The notes below the pieces were generated by a model. It saw only the letters and a list, made by a program, of their open reading frames with translations. It was not told the origin of the DNA and ran no database searches. Source: an uncultured Veillonellaceae bacterium (lineage in GTDB: Bacteria; Bacillota; Negativicutes; JARBTT01). Taken from it: DNA of 64,000 nt. The stretch is taken from assembly GCA_963805085.1 (NCBI GenBank), contig CAWDTA010000005.1:288001-352000 (forward strand). The letters are read 5' to 3'. Below are positions 1 through 10,649 of the stretch, in pieces. Made by a program: the position numbers and the translations under genes. Each line of letters starts with the position of its first letter. Within the stretch, counting starts at the first letter, position 1.

Positions 1-879
1 AAAGCTTCTGATGGAGTACTCTTTGGTGCTGTGGGCGGCGATAAATGGGATAGTGTTGAACCAGCGCTTCGTCCAGAAAAAGCGATTTTGGGTTTAAGAA
101 AAGAGCTTGGTCTATATGCAAACCTACGCCCCATAAAAGTGCCAGAGTCTATGGCTGAATATTCACCGCTAAAAAAAGAATTGGTGAGTGGGATTGATAT
201 CATGATCGTTCGTGAATTGATCGGTGGTATTTACTTTGGGGAAAAATGCGAATCAGAAATCATTGACGGCGTGGAGCGTGCTTGGGATCTGGAAAATTAT
301 AGTACGCCAGAGGTGGATCGTATCGTTCGTCTTGCTTGTGAAACAGCACAAAAACGTAGTGGTAAAGTGGTTTCTGTTGATAAAGCGAATGTATTAGCAA
401 CTTCAAGATTATGGCGGAGAACTGCGGGAGCTGTGGCGAAAGACTATGAAGATGTAACACTTTCTAATATGTATGTAGATAACTGTGCAATGCAACTTGC
501 GATCAATCCGAAAAACTTTGATGTGATCGTGACAGGAAATCTGTTTGGTGATATCCTTAGTGATGAGGCGGCTGTACTTGGCGGTTCTATCGGTATGATG
601 CCATCGGCTAGTATTGGTGAAAGCACAAGTCTTTATGAGCCAATCCATGGATCAGCGCCAGATATCACTGGTCTTGGTATTGCAAATCCGATTGGTACGA
701 TTTTGTCAGCGGCAATGCTCCTTCGCTATTCTTTAAATGAAGAAGCGGCAGCGCAGAGCATTGAAATAGCAGTAGAAAAAGCCTTGCAAGATGGCTATCG
801 CACGGCTGATTTATATCGGGATGGCTTTAAGAAAGTAACGACAACGCAAATGGCAGATATCATTGCCGAACGTATCTAA
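1..879 (+). CDS. leuB: 3-isopropylmalate dehydrogenase (5' end outside window)
   Basis: Open frame from base 1. Motifs NLRP, VDKANV, YVDNCAMQL, NLFGDILSDEAA and EPIHGSAPDI. Confidence 0.96.
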   Translation, partial: KASDGVLFGAVGGDKWDSVEPALRPEKAILGLRKELGLYANLRPIKVPESMAEYSPLKKELVSGIDIMIVRELIGGIYFGEKCESEIIDGVERAWDLENYSTPEVDRIVRLACETAQKRSGKVVSVDKANVLATSRLWRRTAGAVAKDYEDVTLSNMYVDNCAMQLAINPKNFDVIVTGNLFGDILSDEAAVLGGSIGMMPSASIGESTSLYEPIHGSAPDITGLGIANPIGTILSAAMLLRYSLNEEAAAQSIEIAVEKALQDGYRTADLYRDGFKKVTTTQMADIIAERI

Positions 880-908
880 GAAAAATTTATTTAATGGAGG
901 TAAGTATC

Positions 909-2579
909 ATGAAAATAACAGGTGCAAAGGCAGTTGTAGAATGTTTATTGGAACAAGGTGTTGATACCGTCTTTGGCTATCCTGGCGGAATGATATTACC
1001 TCTTTATAATGCTTTATATGATGAAACGAACATCCAACAGGTGCTTACTTTCCACGAACAAGGTGCCGCGCATGCCGCAGATGGCTATGCGCGGGCCAGT
1101 GGAAAAGTGGGGGTGTGTATTGCAACTTCCGGCCCAGGTGCTACCAACCTAGTAACAGGACTGGCTACAGCTTTTATGGATTCGGTGCCAGTGGTAGCGA
1201 TTACCGGGCAAGTAGAAACGGCACTTTTAGGGCGCGATGCCTTTCAAGAAATTGATATTATGGGTGTAACAATGCCGATCACCAAACATAATTTTCAAGT
1301 CAAAGACATCAGTAAATTATGCCAAACTATGCGACTTGCGTTTAAAGTGGCGAGTTCAGGACGGCAGGGTCCAGTACTTGTTGATATACCGCGCGACATA
1401 TTTAATGAAATGGTTAACTTTGAAGGTGTACCAACCATGATAAATCCTGAATGGAAGGTTACGAGCGATGAGCTTGATAGTTTAATTCAAGAAGCAGCAG
1501 AGGTAATTAGCCATGCTGAGAAGCCAGTGATTGTCGCTGGTGGAGGGGTTATTTCAGCCAGTGCGAGTGAAGAATTAATTGCTTTTGCCGAGAAATGTCA
1601 TTTGCCGGTTGTGAATACCTTGATGGGGCTTGGTGGTTTCCCCAGAACGCATGAACAATCATTAGGAATGACAGGGATGCATGGACTGAAAATGGCGAAT
1701 AACGCCGTTTTTGAAGCGGATGTTGTCATTGCCGTAGGGAGTCGTTTTGGCGACCGGTTAACAGGAAATCGTGATAAATATTCGAAAGATAAAAGAGTCA
1801 TACATATAGATATCGACCCAGCGGAGATTGATAAAAATGTCATTAGCAGTATTGGCCTCGCTGGAGAGATGAAAACAATTTTAACGATGTTGATGAGTGC
1901 TACTACAACGGGAGATCTTACCAAGTGGTGGAATATGATAGATGATTGGAAAGAGACCTATAAACTGAACTATGATGATAGTTATTTAAATATGCCTTGG
2001 GCGATGAACTATGTCGCTGAGGTCACAAAGGAAAAAGATGTTGCTGTTGTTACTGACGTTGGTCAGCATCAAATGTGGGCGGCACAAAATTTAAGAATGA
2101 CAAAACCACGTACTTGGATCACTTCGGGTGGTTTAGGTACAATGGGGTTTGGGCTTCCAGCGGCAATGGGCGCACAAATTGCTGCTGGCGATAGTGGCAG
2201 AAGGATGATCCACATCGCTGGTGATGGTGGTATTAAAATGACTGGAAATGAGTATTATACCATTGCAACACTTGGGTTGCCGATCATTTCAATTATTGTC
2301 GATAATAGCAGTCTAGGCATGATTAGACAGCTGCAAAAAGTATTTTATAAAGAACGTTATATTGCTTGTGAGTTCAATGGTGGTATGGATTTTGCCATGT
2401 ATGCAAAAAGTTTTGGCATTCATGGCGTAGCGGTTGATACGCCAGAGGAGTTTAAAAGAGCGTTTGATGCAGCATTGGCAAGTGAAAAGCCCCAAGTTAT
2501 CGTGATGAATATTGCTAGAGAATTTGTAAAACCAATGGCAAAAGCCGGGGCGGAAATTAACGAATTTGTTGACTTATAG
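909..2579 (+). CDS. ilvB: acetolactate synthase large (catalytic) subunit
   Basis: FGYPGG, HEQGAAHAADGYAR, TSGPGATN, GQHQMWAAQ, SGGLGTMG and TPP motif GDGG. ATG 909 follows GGAGG (ORF track starts at 894). Confidence 0.93.
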   Translation: MKITGAKAVVECLLEQGVDTVFGYPGGMILPLYNALYDETNIQQVLTFHEQGAAHAADGYARASGKVGVCIATSGPGATNLVTGLATAFMDSVPVVAITGQVETALLGRDAFQEIDIMGVTMPITKHNFQVKDISKLCQTMRLAFKVASSGRQGPVLVDIPRDIFNEMVNFEGVPTMINPEWKVTSDELDSLIQEAAEVISHAEKPVIVAGGGVISASASEELIAFAEKCHLPVVNTLMGLGGFPRTHEQSLGMTGMHGLKMANNAVFEADVVIAVGSRFGDRLTGNRDKYSKDKRVIHIDIDPAEIDKNVISSIGLAGEMKTILTMLMSATTTGDLTKWWNMIDDWKETYKLNYDDSYLNMPWAMNYVAEVTKEKDVAVVTDVGQHQMWAAQNLRMTKPRTWITSGGLGTMGFGLPAAMGAQIAAGDSGRRMIHIAGDGGIKMTGNEYYTIATLGLPIISIIVDNSSLGMIRQLQKVFYKERYIACEFNGGMDFAMYAKSFGIHGVAVDTPEEFKRAFDAALASEKPQVIVMNIAREFVKPMAKAGAEINEFVDL

Positions 2580-2665
2580 ACGATAATGAAGTACAGTAGT
2601 GGATATTATTGTAGCAAATCGTATGGTTGCTATAAAGTTCTTTTCATTATATGGAGGTATAAACT

Positions 2666-3499
2666 ATGCAATTATGGTGCACAGAAAATCAAACTGAAAA
2701 TTTGGGCTTAACAACTCGTGTAAAAGAAACTTTATTTGCTGGTAAATCTGAGTTTCAAGATGTCGCAGTTGTAGATTCTTATCAATTCGGCAGAATGTTA
2801 GTATTAGACGGAGTTTTTCAAACAAGCATTGCCGAGGAGTTCGTTTATCATGAGATGATTTCTCATGTACCACTTTATATTCATCCAAACCCTAAACGTG
2901 TACTTGTTATCGGTGGCGGTGATGGTGGCGTTGTTCGTGAAGTTGTTCGTCATGATAGTGTTGAAAAAGTAGAAATGGTTGAAATTGATGGTATGGTAGT
3001 AGAAGTGTCAAAAAAATATTTACCGGAAATCAGTGTAGCAATGCGTGAAAATAATCCAAAACTTGAACTTAAAATTGGCGATGGCATTGGCCATATGGCA
3101 GCAGCAGAAAATAAATACGATGTCATCATCGTCGACTGCTCAGATCCAATTGGTCCTGGTGAAGGCTTGTTTACTCGTGAATTTTATAAAAATGTACATA
3201 AAGCATTAAAAGAGGATGGTTTGTTTGTACAACAAACAGAATCACCATTTTATCATCAAAAATTAATCAAAAAAATTACGAAAGATGTCAAATCTATCTT
3301 CCCAATCCATGATCTGTATTTGGCACATATTCCAATTTATCCAGGTGGGATGCATTGTTTTACAATTGGTTCTAAAAAATATAAGCCAACGGATGCTGAT
3401 TTAACAAAGCGTCAAAAACTAGAAACTCGTTATTATAATGAAGGCTTGCAAACAGCATGTTTTGCCTTGCCTAATTTTGTAAAAGAATTAATTAAATAG
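2666..3499 (+). CDS. speE: spermidine synthase (polyamine aminopropyltransferase)
   Basis: LVLDG, EFVYHEMISH, VLVIGGGDGG, VEID and DVIIVDCSDP motifs. Confidence 0.95.
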   Translation: MQLWCTENQTENLGLTTRVKETLFAGKSEFQDVAVVDSYQFGRMLVLDGVFQTSIAEEFVYHEMISHVPLYIHPNPKRVLVIGGGDGGVVREVVRHDSVEKVEMVEIDGMVVEVSKKYLPEISVAMRENNPKLELKIGDGIGHMAAAENKYDVIIVDCSDPIGPGEGLFTREFYKNVHKALKEDGLFVQQTESPFYHQKLIKKITKDVKSIFPIHDLYLAHIPIYPGGMHCFTIGSKKYKPTDADLTKRQKLETRYYNEGLQTACFALPNFVKELIK

Positions 3500-3512
3500 G
3501 CTAATATAGGAT

Positions 3513-3558
3513 AAAAGCCATGAAGTACAGTTTTGTAAACCGTATTTCATGGCTTTTT
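3513..3558. terminator. bidirectional intrinsic terminator between convergent genes
   Basis: aaaagccatgaagtac...gtatttcatggcttttt inverted repeat with A/T tails. Confidence 0.75.
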
Positions 3559-3564
3559 GCTTGC

Positions 3565-4677
3565 TTATTTTAAGTTTTCTGGATTTAATCCTTGGAGTGC
3601 ATCGATTACGAAACGACCGTCTTTTCTGATCAAAACGTCATCGAAGTAGATTTCACCGCCACCATATTCTGGGGTTTGGATGCAGACCAAATCCCAATGA
3701 ATTGCCGAGGTGTTGCCATTGTTTGCTTCTTTATACGCCATGCCTGGAGTGAAGTGGAAGCTACCTTGGATTTTTTCATCAAATAATGTATCTTTCATTG
3801 GGGTAGTGATGAAAGGGTTAACTCCAAGTGCGAATTCACCAACGTAGCGGGCACCGGCATCGGTATCGAAGACTTCATTGATTTTTTCCGTGTGATTTGC
3901 TGTTGCAGTAATAATTTTTCCTGCTTCAAAAGTTAAACTAATGTTTTCATACGTAACGCCTTGATATACGGCGGGGGTATTGTAGGATAATGTACCGTAA
4001 ATACTATCTTTTACTGGTGCGGTATAAACTTCTCCATCCGGAATATTGCGCAGACCGGAACATTTGACTGCCGGAATATCTTTGATAGAAAAGCTAAGAT
4101 CCGTGCCAGGTCCAATGATATGCACTTTATCTGTTCGATTCATTAGTTCAACTAGCGGCGTCATTGCAGTATCCATTTTTGCGTAATCTAGATTACAAAC
4201 ATTAAAGTAGAAATCTTCAAACGCTTCGGTGCTCATATTCGCTAGCTGCGCCATGGAGCCGTTGGGATAGCGCATAACGCACCATTTTGTGTCAGGGACA
4301 CGGATGTCGCTATGTACAGGTTTTTGCCAATATTGCTGATAAAGTTTCATTTTTTCACTCGGCACATCAGATAATTCACTGACATTTGCACTCGCGCGAA
4401 TACCCAAATAGGCATCCATTTGTTTCATGCGATTTGCTTCGTAATTAGCAATGATATTTAACTGAGCTTTGCTTGCTCCGCTGATTAAGGCACGTTGTAA
4501 TTCGTTATTTTTTATTGTTAAAAAAGGTAGAGCACCAACGTTATATACTTCTTTTACTAAGGCTTTAGCAAGTGGCTGTGCATCATCGAATACTTCAATC
4601 AGTATTTTCTCGCCTTTTTGCAAATCTGTAGAATAATGAATTAAATTTCTTGCAAGGGTTGTTATTCTTGAATCCAT
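3565..4677 (-). CDS. M29-family aminopeptidase (AmpS/PepS/AmpT-like)
   Basis: NIPDGEVYTAP, GEFALG, LFDEKI, SFHFTPG and SAIHWD motifs. Confidence 0.9.
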   Translation of the reverse strand: MDSRITTLARNLIHYSTDLQKGEKILIEVFDDAQPLAKALVKEVYNVGALPFLTIKNNELQRALISGASKAQLNIIANYEANRMKQMDAYLGIRASANVSELSDVPSEKMKLYQQYWQKPVHSDIRVPDTKWCVMRYPNGSMAQLANMSTEAFEDFYFNVCNLDYAKMDTAMTPLVELMNRTDKVHIIGPGTDLSFSIKDIPAVKCSGLRNIPDGEVYTAPVKDSIYGTLSYNTPAVYQGVTYENISLTFEAGKIITATANHTEKINEVFDTDAGARYVGEFALGVNPFITTPMKDTLFDEKIQGSFHFTPGMAYKEANNGNTSAIHWDLVCIQTPEYGGGEIYFDDVLIRKDGRFVIDALQGLNPENLK

Positions 4678-4788
4678 GAACGAAGACTCCTTTATTTTTA
4701 TATTTTTAGCTTATAATGCTATTATTAGGTAAAGTTCGGAAAAAAAATCATAAAACCTGCAGAAAAAGATAAATAAATAAAAAAACGC

Positions 4789-4817
4789 TTGCTTTTTTAT
4801 TTTACATACCATATAAT
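4789..4817 (+). promoter_or_regulatory. sigma-A promoter of the tRNA cluster
   Basis: TTGCTT-N17-TATAAT 13 bp upstream of tRNA-Asn. Confidence 0.7.
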
Positions 4818-4830
4818 AATAAATGTTCCT

Positions 4831-4906
4831 TCCTTGATAGCTCAGTTGGTAGAGCAATCGGCTGTTAACCGATCGGTCGTAGGTTCGAGTCCTACTCAAG
4901 GAGCCA
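4831..4906 (+). tRNA. tRNA-Asn(GTT)
   Basis: Cloverleaf with anticodon loop ctGTTaa, GTTCGA T-loop and CCA end; 76 nt. Confidence 0.97.
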
Positions 4907-4909
4907 AGT

Positions 4910-4984
4910 GGCCCGTTGGTCAAGCGGTTAAGACACCGCCCTTTCACGGCGGCTTCACGGGTTCGAATCTCGTACGGGTCACCA
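4910..4984 (+). tRNA. tRNA-Glu(TTC)
   Basis: ggcccgttggtcaagcgg...ctTTCac...gttcgaa...cca; 75 nt. Confidence 0.96.
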
Positions 4985-5081
4985 AATAAGCAGAGAACCA
5001 AAATCAAAATTGATTTTGTGTGAATCGCTTTGTTCTAAGCTACAGCGAGGAACTTCATTTTCCCATTTGGTGTTTTTAAGT

Positions 5082-5157
<76 letters not shown>

Positions 5158-5180
5158 TTAAAACTTGATAATTTAAAAAG

Positions 5181-5217
5181 AAGCGAGTATTTGGCAAGAC
5201 CAAGTGCTCGCTTTATT
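5181..5217 (+). terminator. intrinsic terminator after tRNA cluster
   Basis: aagcgagtatttgg/ccaagtgctcgcttt hairpin with T-rich tail. Confidence 0.7.
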
Positions 5218-5349
5218 GTTTTGTAAAAATAGTTGTTGTATATTTTATACTTGCTTCTTTTTTTGCAAATTGATTTTGCTTTTATTATAATAAAAAGTAA
5301 TTGAGAACTTTATAGAAGAATCGTTAACATTTTGTTAGGATGTGGGTAT

Positions 5350-6936
5350 ATGCATATCTCTAGGTCGAAGTATCTTTTAGTAAGAGGTATCATAGTATGT
5401 AGTGTCCTCTTATTGGTACTAGGAATCATAAAAATATTATTTGATATGACTTTTCAGCAATTTATGGCAAATCGATATGCTGAAATACATAGTGCAGCTA
5501 ATCTAGTGAATACCTATTTTAATGATAATTTAGCAGAATTAAAATTGTTAGCTAGGGGCATAGATTTAACAGACACGGAACCAACTGAAGTGGAGCTTAA
5601 ACTGCACGAAATATTTAAATTGGGTTTTTTTTATGCCAGTGTTTTTGATGATAAAGAAAATTTGGTTGCCAACGTACTTTCAAGTGATGCCCGTACAGAA
5701 AAAATAGAAGATCGCATCGGTTTCGAACAGGCTTTGCGTGGGCATGAGCATATATCGGATGTATTTTTTGATGCTACGATGGATCGCTCTTATATGATTA
5801 TTAATGTTCCTGTATTAGACATGCGGGGGTATGTTACCGGTGTTTTAGTGGCAAAAATGGATATTAAAAAATTCAACGCCCTATTGTCTGGCTTGTATGA
5901 TGGAAGCAGTGGATATTCTTTTGTTTTAGATAATGAAAATAGTTGTTTACATAATCCAAAGGAAAGAACTGTACAATTGCAAGTGGAAAGTAGTCAGGAC
6001 CTTGAAAAAACTTTATTTTTACGGGCAGATTTTATAAGATTACATCAGAGATTAGAACATTCTTCTTGGTGTATTGATGCTGTTATCCCAACGAAGGTTT
6101 TTTATAAAAGCATTGCTTGCGCGTTACTTATGCCTTTGAGCCTATTGATTTTGTGTGCGATTATCATTATTTTAACGATTTGGTTTATCTATAAAGAGAG
6201 AGGACATCAAAAAGCATATGCGATGATGCGGATTGAGTCATTAACTACGGCAACGCAAGTTGCAGCGGGGATTGCCCATGAAATCAAAAATCCTCTAACT
6301 TCATTAAAAGGGTTTATTCAATTGATGAGCAAGCAAGATCACGAACGCTCACAAACCAATTATTTAACGATTATGCAAGATGAAATTGATCGTATTGATT
6401 GCTTGACGAATCAGTTTTGTATGTTATCAAAGCCGCTGGATAAAGTTGAGTATAAAACATTTAATTTACATGAGCTTATGTGCAAAGCTATTTTTTTGTT
6501 TGAACAACAGGCCCTACAAAAGTCAATCGACTTAACGATGTTACCAGTAGAGGCTAACTATGAACAGTTTTTGATACAGGGAAATACCAATCAATTAAAG
6601 CAGGTATTGATTAATTTAATCCGTAATGCAATTGAGGCAACTGGAGAACATGGTAAAGTAACGATGCTTTGTCGTAAACATAAAAGAAATATCGTGGTTA
6701 CGATCCAGGATAATGGTAGCGGAATTAGTTCAAGTGATCTGGAAAATTTAGGAACTCCGTTTTATACGACAAAAGAAAATGGTACTGGGCTTGGATTATT
6801 AGTTAGTTTTGAAATTATTAGAAAACATGGTGGTAAAATAAATATTGATAGTTGTTTGGGTGTAGGCACGACTTTACAAATAATATTACCAGAGGCAAAA
6901 AATAATCGGAATAGTGAAGGAGCTATACAAAAATGA
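5350..6936 (+). CDS. membrane sensor histidine kinase (Cache-like sensor, HisKA, HATPase)
   Basis: Two TM segments, H-box AAGIAHEIKNPL, N-box NLIRNA, DNGSG and GTGLGL. Start is 5350 (ATG) or 5332. Confidence 0.9.
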   Translation: MHISRSKYLLVRGIIVCSVLLLVLGIIKILFDMTFQQFMANRYAEIHSAANLVNTYFNDNLAELKLLARGIDLTDTEPTEVELKLHEIFKLGFFYASVFDDKENLVANVLSSDARTEKIEDRIGFEQALRGHEHISDVFFDATMDRSYMIINVPVLDMRGYVTGVLVAKMDIKKFNALLSGLYDGSSGYSFVLDNENSCLHNPKERTVQLQVESSQDLEKTLFLRADFIRLHQRLEHSSWCIDAVIPTKVFYKSIACALLMPLSLLILCAIIIILTIWFIYKERGHQKAYAMMRIESLTTATQVAAGIAHEIKNPLTSLKGFIQLMSKQDHERSQTNYLTIMQDEIDRIDCLTNQFCMLSKPLDKVEYKTFNLHELMCKAIFLFEQQALQKSIDLTMLPVEANYEQFLIQGNTNQLKQVLINLIRNAIEATGEHGKVTMLCRKHKRNIVVTIQDNGSGISSSDLENLGTPFYTTKENGTGLGLLVSFEIIRKHGGKINIDSCLGVGTTLQIILPEAKNNRNSEGAIQK

Positions 6937-7451
6937 ATACGAATGAGCGTCGTGAATTTTTACGAAAGAAACTTGCAGAAAGTACAAAACCGATCACGGG
7001 GACGGCTCTAGCAAGTGAATTAGGCGTAAGTCGACAAGTGATTGTTGGTGACATTGGCATTTTAAGAGCTATGGGTACAGAGGTATATGCTACGCCACAA
7101 GGGTATGTAATTCCCGGAGAAATCGCAGTAAATGGTGAGGTTCTGATTGCGACGATTGCCTGCATTCATGATAAGCGAGGTGTAGCGAAAGAATTGGAAA
7201 TTATCGTAGACAATGGTGGCAAAGTACGTGATGTCATCGTAGAACATCCTTTATATGGTGAGATTCGCGCCGATTTGATGATTTCATCGAGACGAGAAGT
7301 AAAAAATTTTTTAGCTGGATTGGAACGGTGTGGTGCAGGGCCATTGTCAGCGGTTACGGGCGGCTTACATCTACATACGATTGAAGTGCCCAGTGAAGAA
7401 ATTTTACATGGAATCGAAAAAGAATTAAAAGAAAATGGTATATTAAGATAA
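6933..7451 (+). CDS. niaR: niacin-responsive transcriptional repressor (HTH_11 + 3H domain)
   Basis: LASELGVSRQVIVGDI HTH; ATPQGY, VEHPLYG and GLHLHTI 3H motifs; adjacent to a niaP-like MFS. Confidence 0.85.
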   Translation: MNTNERREFLRKKLAESTKPITGTALASELGVSRQVIVGDIGILRAMGTEVYATPQGYVIPGEIAVNGEVLIATIACIHDKRGVAKELEIIVDNGGKVRDVIVEHPLYGEIRADLMISSRREVKNFLAGLERCGAGPLSAVTGGLHLHTIEVPSEEILHGIEKELKENGILR

Positions 7452-7550
7452 CATAGCAGTGAAAAATAAAGTTGGTACAGAAAATGTATCAGCTTTATTT
7501 TTTTTACTTGTCAACATAATGTAAAATATGTATAATAAAAACTGTGACAA

Positions 7551-7572
7551 AACTAATGTAAAGACAGGTGTA
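7551..7572 (+). promoter_or_regulatory. putative NiaR operator overlapping the niaP RBS
   Basis: aactaaTGTAAAGACAggtgta resembles the Firmicutes NiaR box core TGTCwwGACA, recalled from memory. Confidence 0.5.
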
Positions 7573-7575
7573 AAT

Positions 7576-8931
7576 GTGGATATTGTAAATCGTTTGGAAA
7601 AGATACCAGTGTGTTCTTTTCATTATCGTTTATTATTTATCACTGGGCTAGGTTGGATGTTTGATGCTATGGATACTGGTATCATTGCCTTTGTATTACC
7701 AACCTTAGCAAAAGTATGGGGACTTACCACTGCGCAAATGGGGTATATCGGAAGTATTGGTCTAGTTGGGATGGCTATTGGTGCAGTCATGGCAGGTGAA
7801 TTTGCCGATCGTTTTGGCCGCAAGAAAATGTTTGCAGCAACGCTCGTGATTTATAGCTTAGCAACAGGCCTTTGTAGTATTGCTTGGAGTTATGAAGCGT
7901 TGCTAGCATTTCGCTTTTTAGTTGGTTTTGGTTTGGGCGGACAATTGCCGGTGGCGGTTACCTTGGTTACGGAGTTTTCACCACCGAATGTTCGTGGTAA
8001 GTTTATCGTTTTATTAGAAAGTTTTTGGGGTGTAGGTTGGTTGGTTGCAGCACTTATTTCTTATTTAGTAATTCCAAAATTCGGCTGGCATGTTGCCTTT
8101 ATCATTGGTGCATTACCAGCATTATATGTCTTTTATATTTGGAAAACCGTTCCTGAATCAGTCCGTTATTTATTAAACAAAGGAGAAGATCAGGAAGCAG
8201 AAAAAATAGTCTTAGCAATGGAAGCTGCGGCAGGTATTGAAGCTGCTCCGTTCGTTCGTGAAACAAAAGCAGAAAAACCAGCTCAAGTGAAGGTGGCGTT
8301 TAGTGAAATATTAACTTCTGCATATCTGAAACGAACCATTATGTTGTGGTGTTTATGGTTTGGAATCGTATATTCTTATTACGGAATCTTTACCTGGTTG
8401 CCATCACTGATGGTGACACAAGGTTTTACGGAAATTAAAACGTTTGAGTATGTCATTATCATGACACTGGCGCAGCTACCTGGGTATTTTGCCGCTGCAT
8501 ACTTAGTGGATCGCATTGGGAGAAAAGCAACGTTGGTTAGCTTTTTAACTGGTTGTGCTATTTGTGCTTATTTTTTTGGTCAGGGTGGATCAACGACTGT
8601 AGTATTAACGTGGGGAAGTTTGATGTCCTTCTTTAATTTGGGCGCTTGGGGTGTAGTGTACACTTATACACCAGAAATGTATCCTACTCGTGTACGGGCT
8701 TTAGGTTCTGGATGGGCAGCGGCAATTGGTCGCATCGGTGGGATTTTAGCACCGACCATCGTAGGCGTCATGCTTGGCTCGAAGCAAGGGTTCCAAGATA
8801 TTTTCTTGATGTTTACAGGGGTTATGCTAGGCGTAGCGGTGATTGTTGCCGCTTTAGGCCCAGAGACAAAGGGGAAAACGCTCGATGAAATCAGTGTTGG
8901 AAACGATAAGCTAGAGTTTTCTAATCGTTAA
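7576..8931 (+). CDS. niaP: MFS transporter, NiaP/YceI (nicotinate) type
   Basis: GLGWMFDAMD, DRFGRK, GLGGQLPV, LLESFW and YTPEMYPT motifs; downstream of niaR. Probable GTG start at 7576 after AGGTG (track: 7528). Confidence 0.75.
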   Translation: MDIVNRLEKIPVCSFHYRLLFITGLGWMFDAMDTGIIAFVLPTLAKVWGLTTAQMGYIGSIGLVGMAIGAVMAGEFADRFGRKKMFAATLVIYSLATGLCSIAWSYEALLAFRFLVGFGLGGQLPVAVTLVTEFSPPNVRGKFIVLLESFWGVGWLVAALISYLVIPKFGWHVAFIIGALPALYVFYIWKTVPESVRYLLNKGEDQEAEKIVLAMEAAAGIEAAPFVRETKAEKPAQVKVAFSEILTSAYLKRTIMLWCLWFGIVYSYYGIFTWLPSLMVTQGFTEIKTFEYVIIMTLAQLPGYFAAAYLVDRIGRKATLVSFLTGCAICAYFFGQGGSTTVVLTWGSLMSFFNLGAWGVVYTYTPEMYPTRVRALGSGWAAAIGRIGGILAPTIVGVMLGSKQGFQDIFLMFTGVMLGVAVIVAALGPETKGKTLDEISVGNDKLEFSNR

Positions 8932-8986
8932 ATTTATGCTATACTTGATGAAAGTATAGCTAAGGTTTTACCTTTAGGAGGTTTTT

Positions 8987-9379
8987 ATGGGGTCAATTCT
9001 TCATATCATTGGTGCTTTGGTTGCAATTTGGGTATATAATGACGCAAAGAAATTTGGTCATAGTATGACAGTAGCTTTGTTATGGGCAGCTGGCAGTATT
9101 ATTATGGTGCCAATATTTTTCCCAGCATATCTGATACTTGCTCGTAAACAAGTGATGAAATCAAATCGTAATCTAGAGGAAGTTACCATTGAAATAGATG
9201 CCGAGTTTGTCGAGAACACCGTGAATTGTCCGATGTGTGGACGTAAGGTAAAAGAAGATTATAAACTTTGTCCTTATTGTGGTTTTACATTAAAACCAAC
9301 TTGCGGTAAATGTGGGATGGAATTGGAACGCGACTGGAAAGTTTGCCCGACCTGCCAAACATCTGTAACAGGAAAATAA
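8987..9379 (+). CDS. membrane protein with double zinc-ribbon domain
   Basis: N-terminal TM segments and four CxxC pairs. Confidence 0.8.
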   Translation: MGSILHIIGALVAIWVYNDAKKFGHSMTVALLWAAGSIIMVPIFFPAYLILARKQVMKSNRNLEEVTIEIDAEFVENTVNCPMCGRKVKEDYKLCPYCGFTLKPTCGKCGMELERDWKVCPTCQTSVTGK

Positions 9380-9503
9380 AGTATCTCATAAGCCTCTTTA
9401 GATGATCTTTTTATCTAAAGAGGCTTTATTATAGCTAGGTGAACAGGTCTTTGCTGGACATGACAGCCCGGTTGTGATATAATATCTTTCGTAGCTGTTT
9501 TAA

Positions 9504-9578
9504 GCGCCTGTAGCCCAGTGGATAGAGCACTGGCCTCCGGAGCCAGGGGCGTAGGTTCGATTCCTACCAGGCGCACCA
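9504..9578 (+). tRNA. tRNA-Arg(CCG), integration target
   Basis: Cloverleaf with anticodon ctCCGga and CCA end. Promoter TGGACA-N17-TATAAT at 9455-9483. Confidence 0.96.
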
Positions 9579-9648
9579 CTTAAGAATATAGTAAAATTAA
9601 GCCCTCTAAGGTTTTATCCTTAGAGGGCATTTTGTTTTTTATAGGATA

Positions 9649-9669
9649 GGGGGGCAAAAAGGGGGGCAA
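9649..9669 (+). repeat. paired GGGGGGCAA repeats (putative integrase arm sites, left end)
   Basis: Copies at 9649 and 9661 (12-bp period); the same pair recurs at 28537/28549. Confidence 0.7.
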
Positions 9670-10484
9670 TACATAAAAAATGCATTGATATCATTCATAT
9701 TAGCGAGCAAATAAAGGAATAGATGGACAATTAAATTTTATTTAGTTTTTCATTCTAATTCGCAAATTCGCAAAAATAAATAAGACTAAAGATTATTAAA
9801 CAATCATTCTTTGTATGGTATCCTTACGATTAATAGCCTTAGTTAGGAATTATTTTTTTCTAACTAAGGCTAAATATTTTATTTGTAAATATAACCTGTT
9901 CATTACGAATTTTATGAATAGACTATTAATCTTATCAAAATAAACTAGACGAGTACTGCAAATGCCACTACGATAAGCAATCATACTTTTCGTATCAACT
10001 CGTCTAATTCTACTTTCCAAGTAGCCTATGACTGAAACTGCCTGAAAATATTATAATGGGGCAGTATAATAAAGTTATAATTTCGACTCCCAAAAACATG
10101 CATAATGATGTAGTTATGACCTCTTCGATGTTAAGGACAACTACATACTATTTACTTACCAAGAAAAAGTCTACGACCCCTAATCTATCTATATTTTACA
10201 CAATCAACCACCTATATGTAACTGGCTAAGATTTTCTTTTTCAGTCGAAATGTTTAGCCAGTGACTGAAATAAAGACTGAAAAATTTTTAATCAATATCA
10301 TCGCTCATTTCATCGTCATCAATATCAAAATTTAAAATAAATCGATATTTTTTTATATTTCATAAAGGATTTCTCAAAAATATATCGAAATTTAGTTATA
10401 TCTGATTATTCGCTAAAAAAATCCTTTTAATCATCTTAAGCTACTTCAGTCTACAATCAGATAATTTTGATTAGGAGGGATATT

Positions 10485-10649
10485 ATGACTGCGTTAGACA
10501 TGTTCGAAATGTTTGATGAGTATCGCTACATAGTACTTGCTTTTCTGCTACCTTCCCCATTTTTATTCCCATTCACGAGTTTTTGGGCAGTAGCATTGTT
10601 CTGGGTGGCATTGTACGTCGTGGCAAAAGAATTTTATGACAGATTGTAA
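10485..10649 (+). CDS. small hydrophobic membrane protein (54 aa)
   Basis: AGGAGG RBS before ATG 10485, hydrophobic core, terminator hairpin at 10655-10686. Confidence 0.55.
   Translation: MTALDMFEMFDEYRYIVLAFLLPSPFLFPFTSFWAVALFWVALYVVAKEFYDRL

Noticed and set aside
4711-5007. ORFs 4711-5007(-) and 4789-4989(+)
   Set aside because: They overlap tRNA-Asn/Glu and are shadow ORFs.
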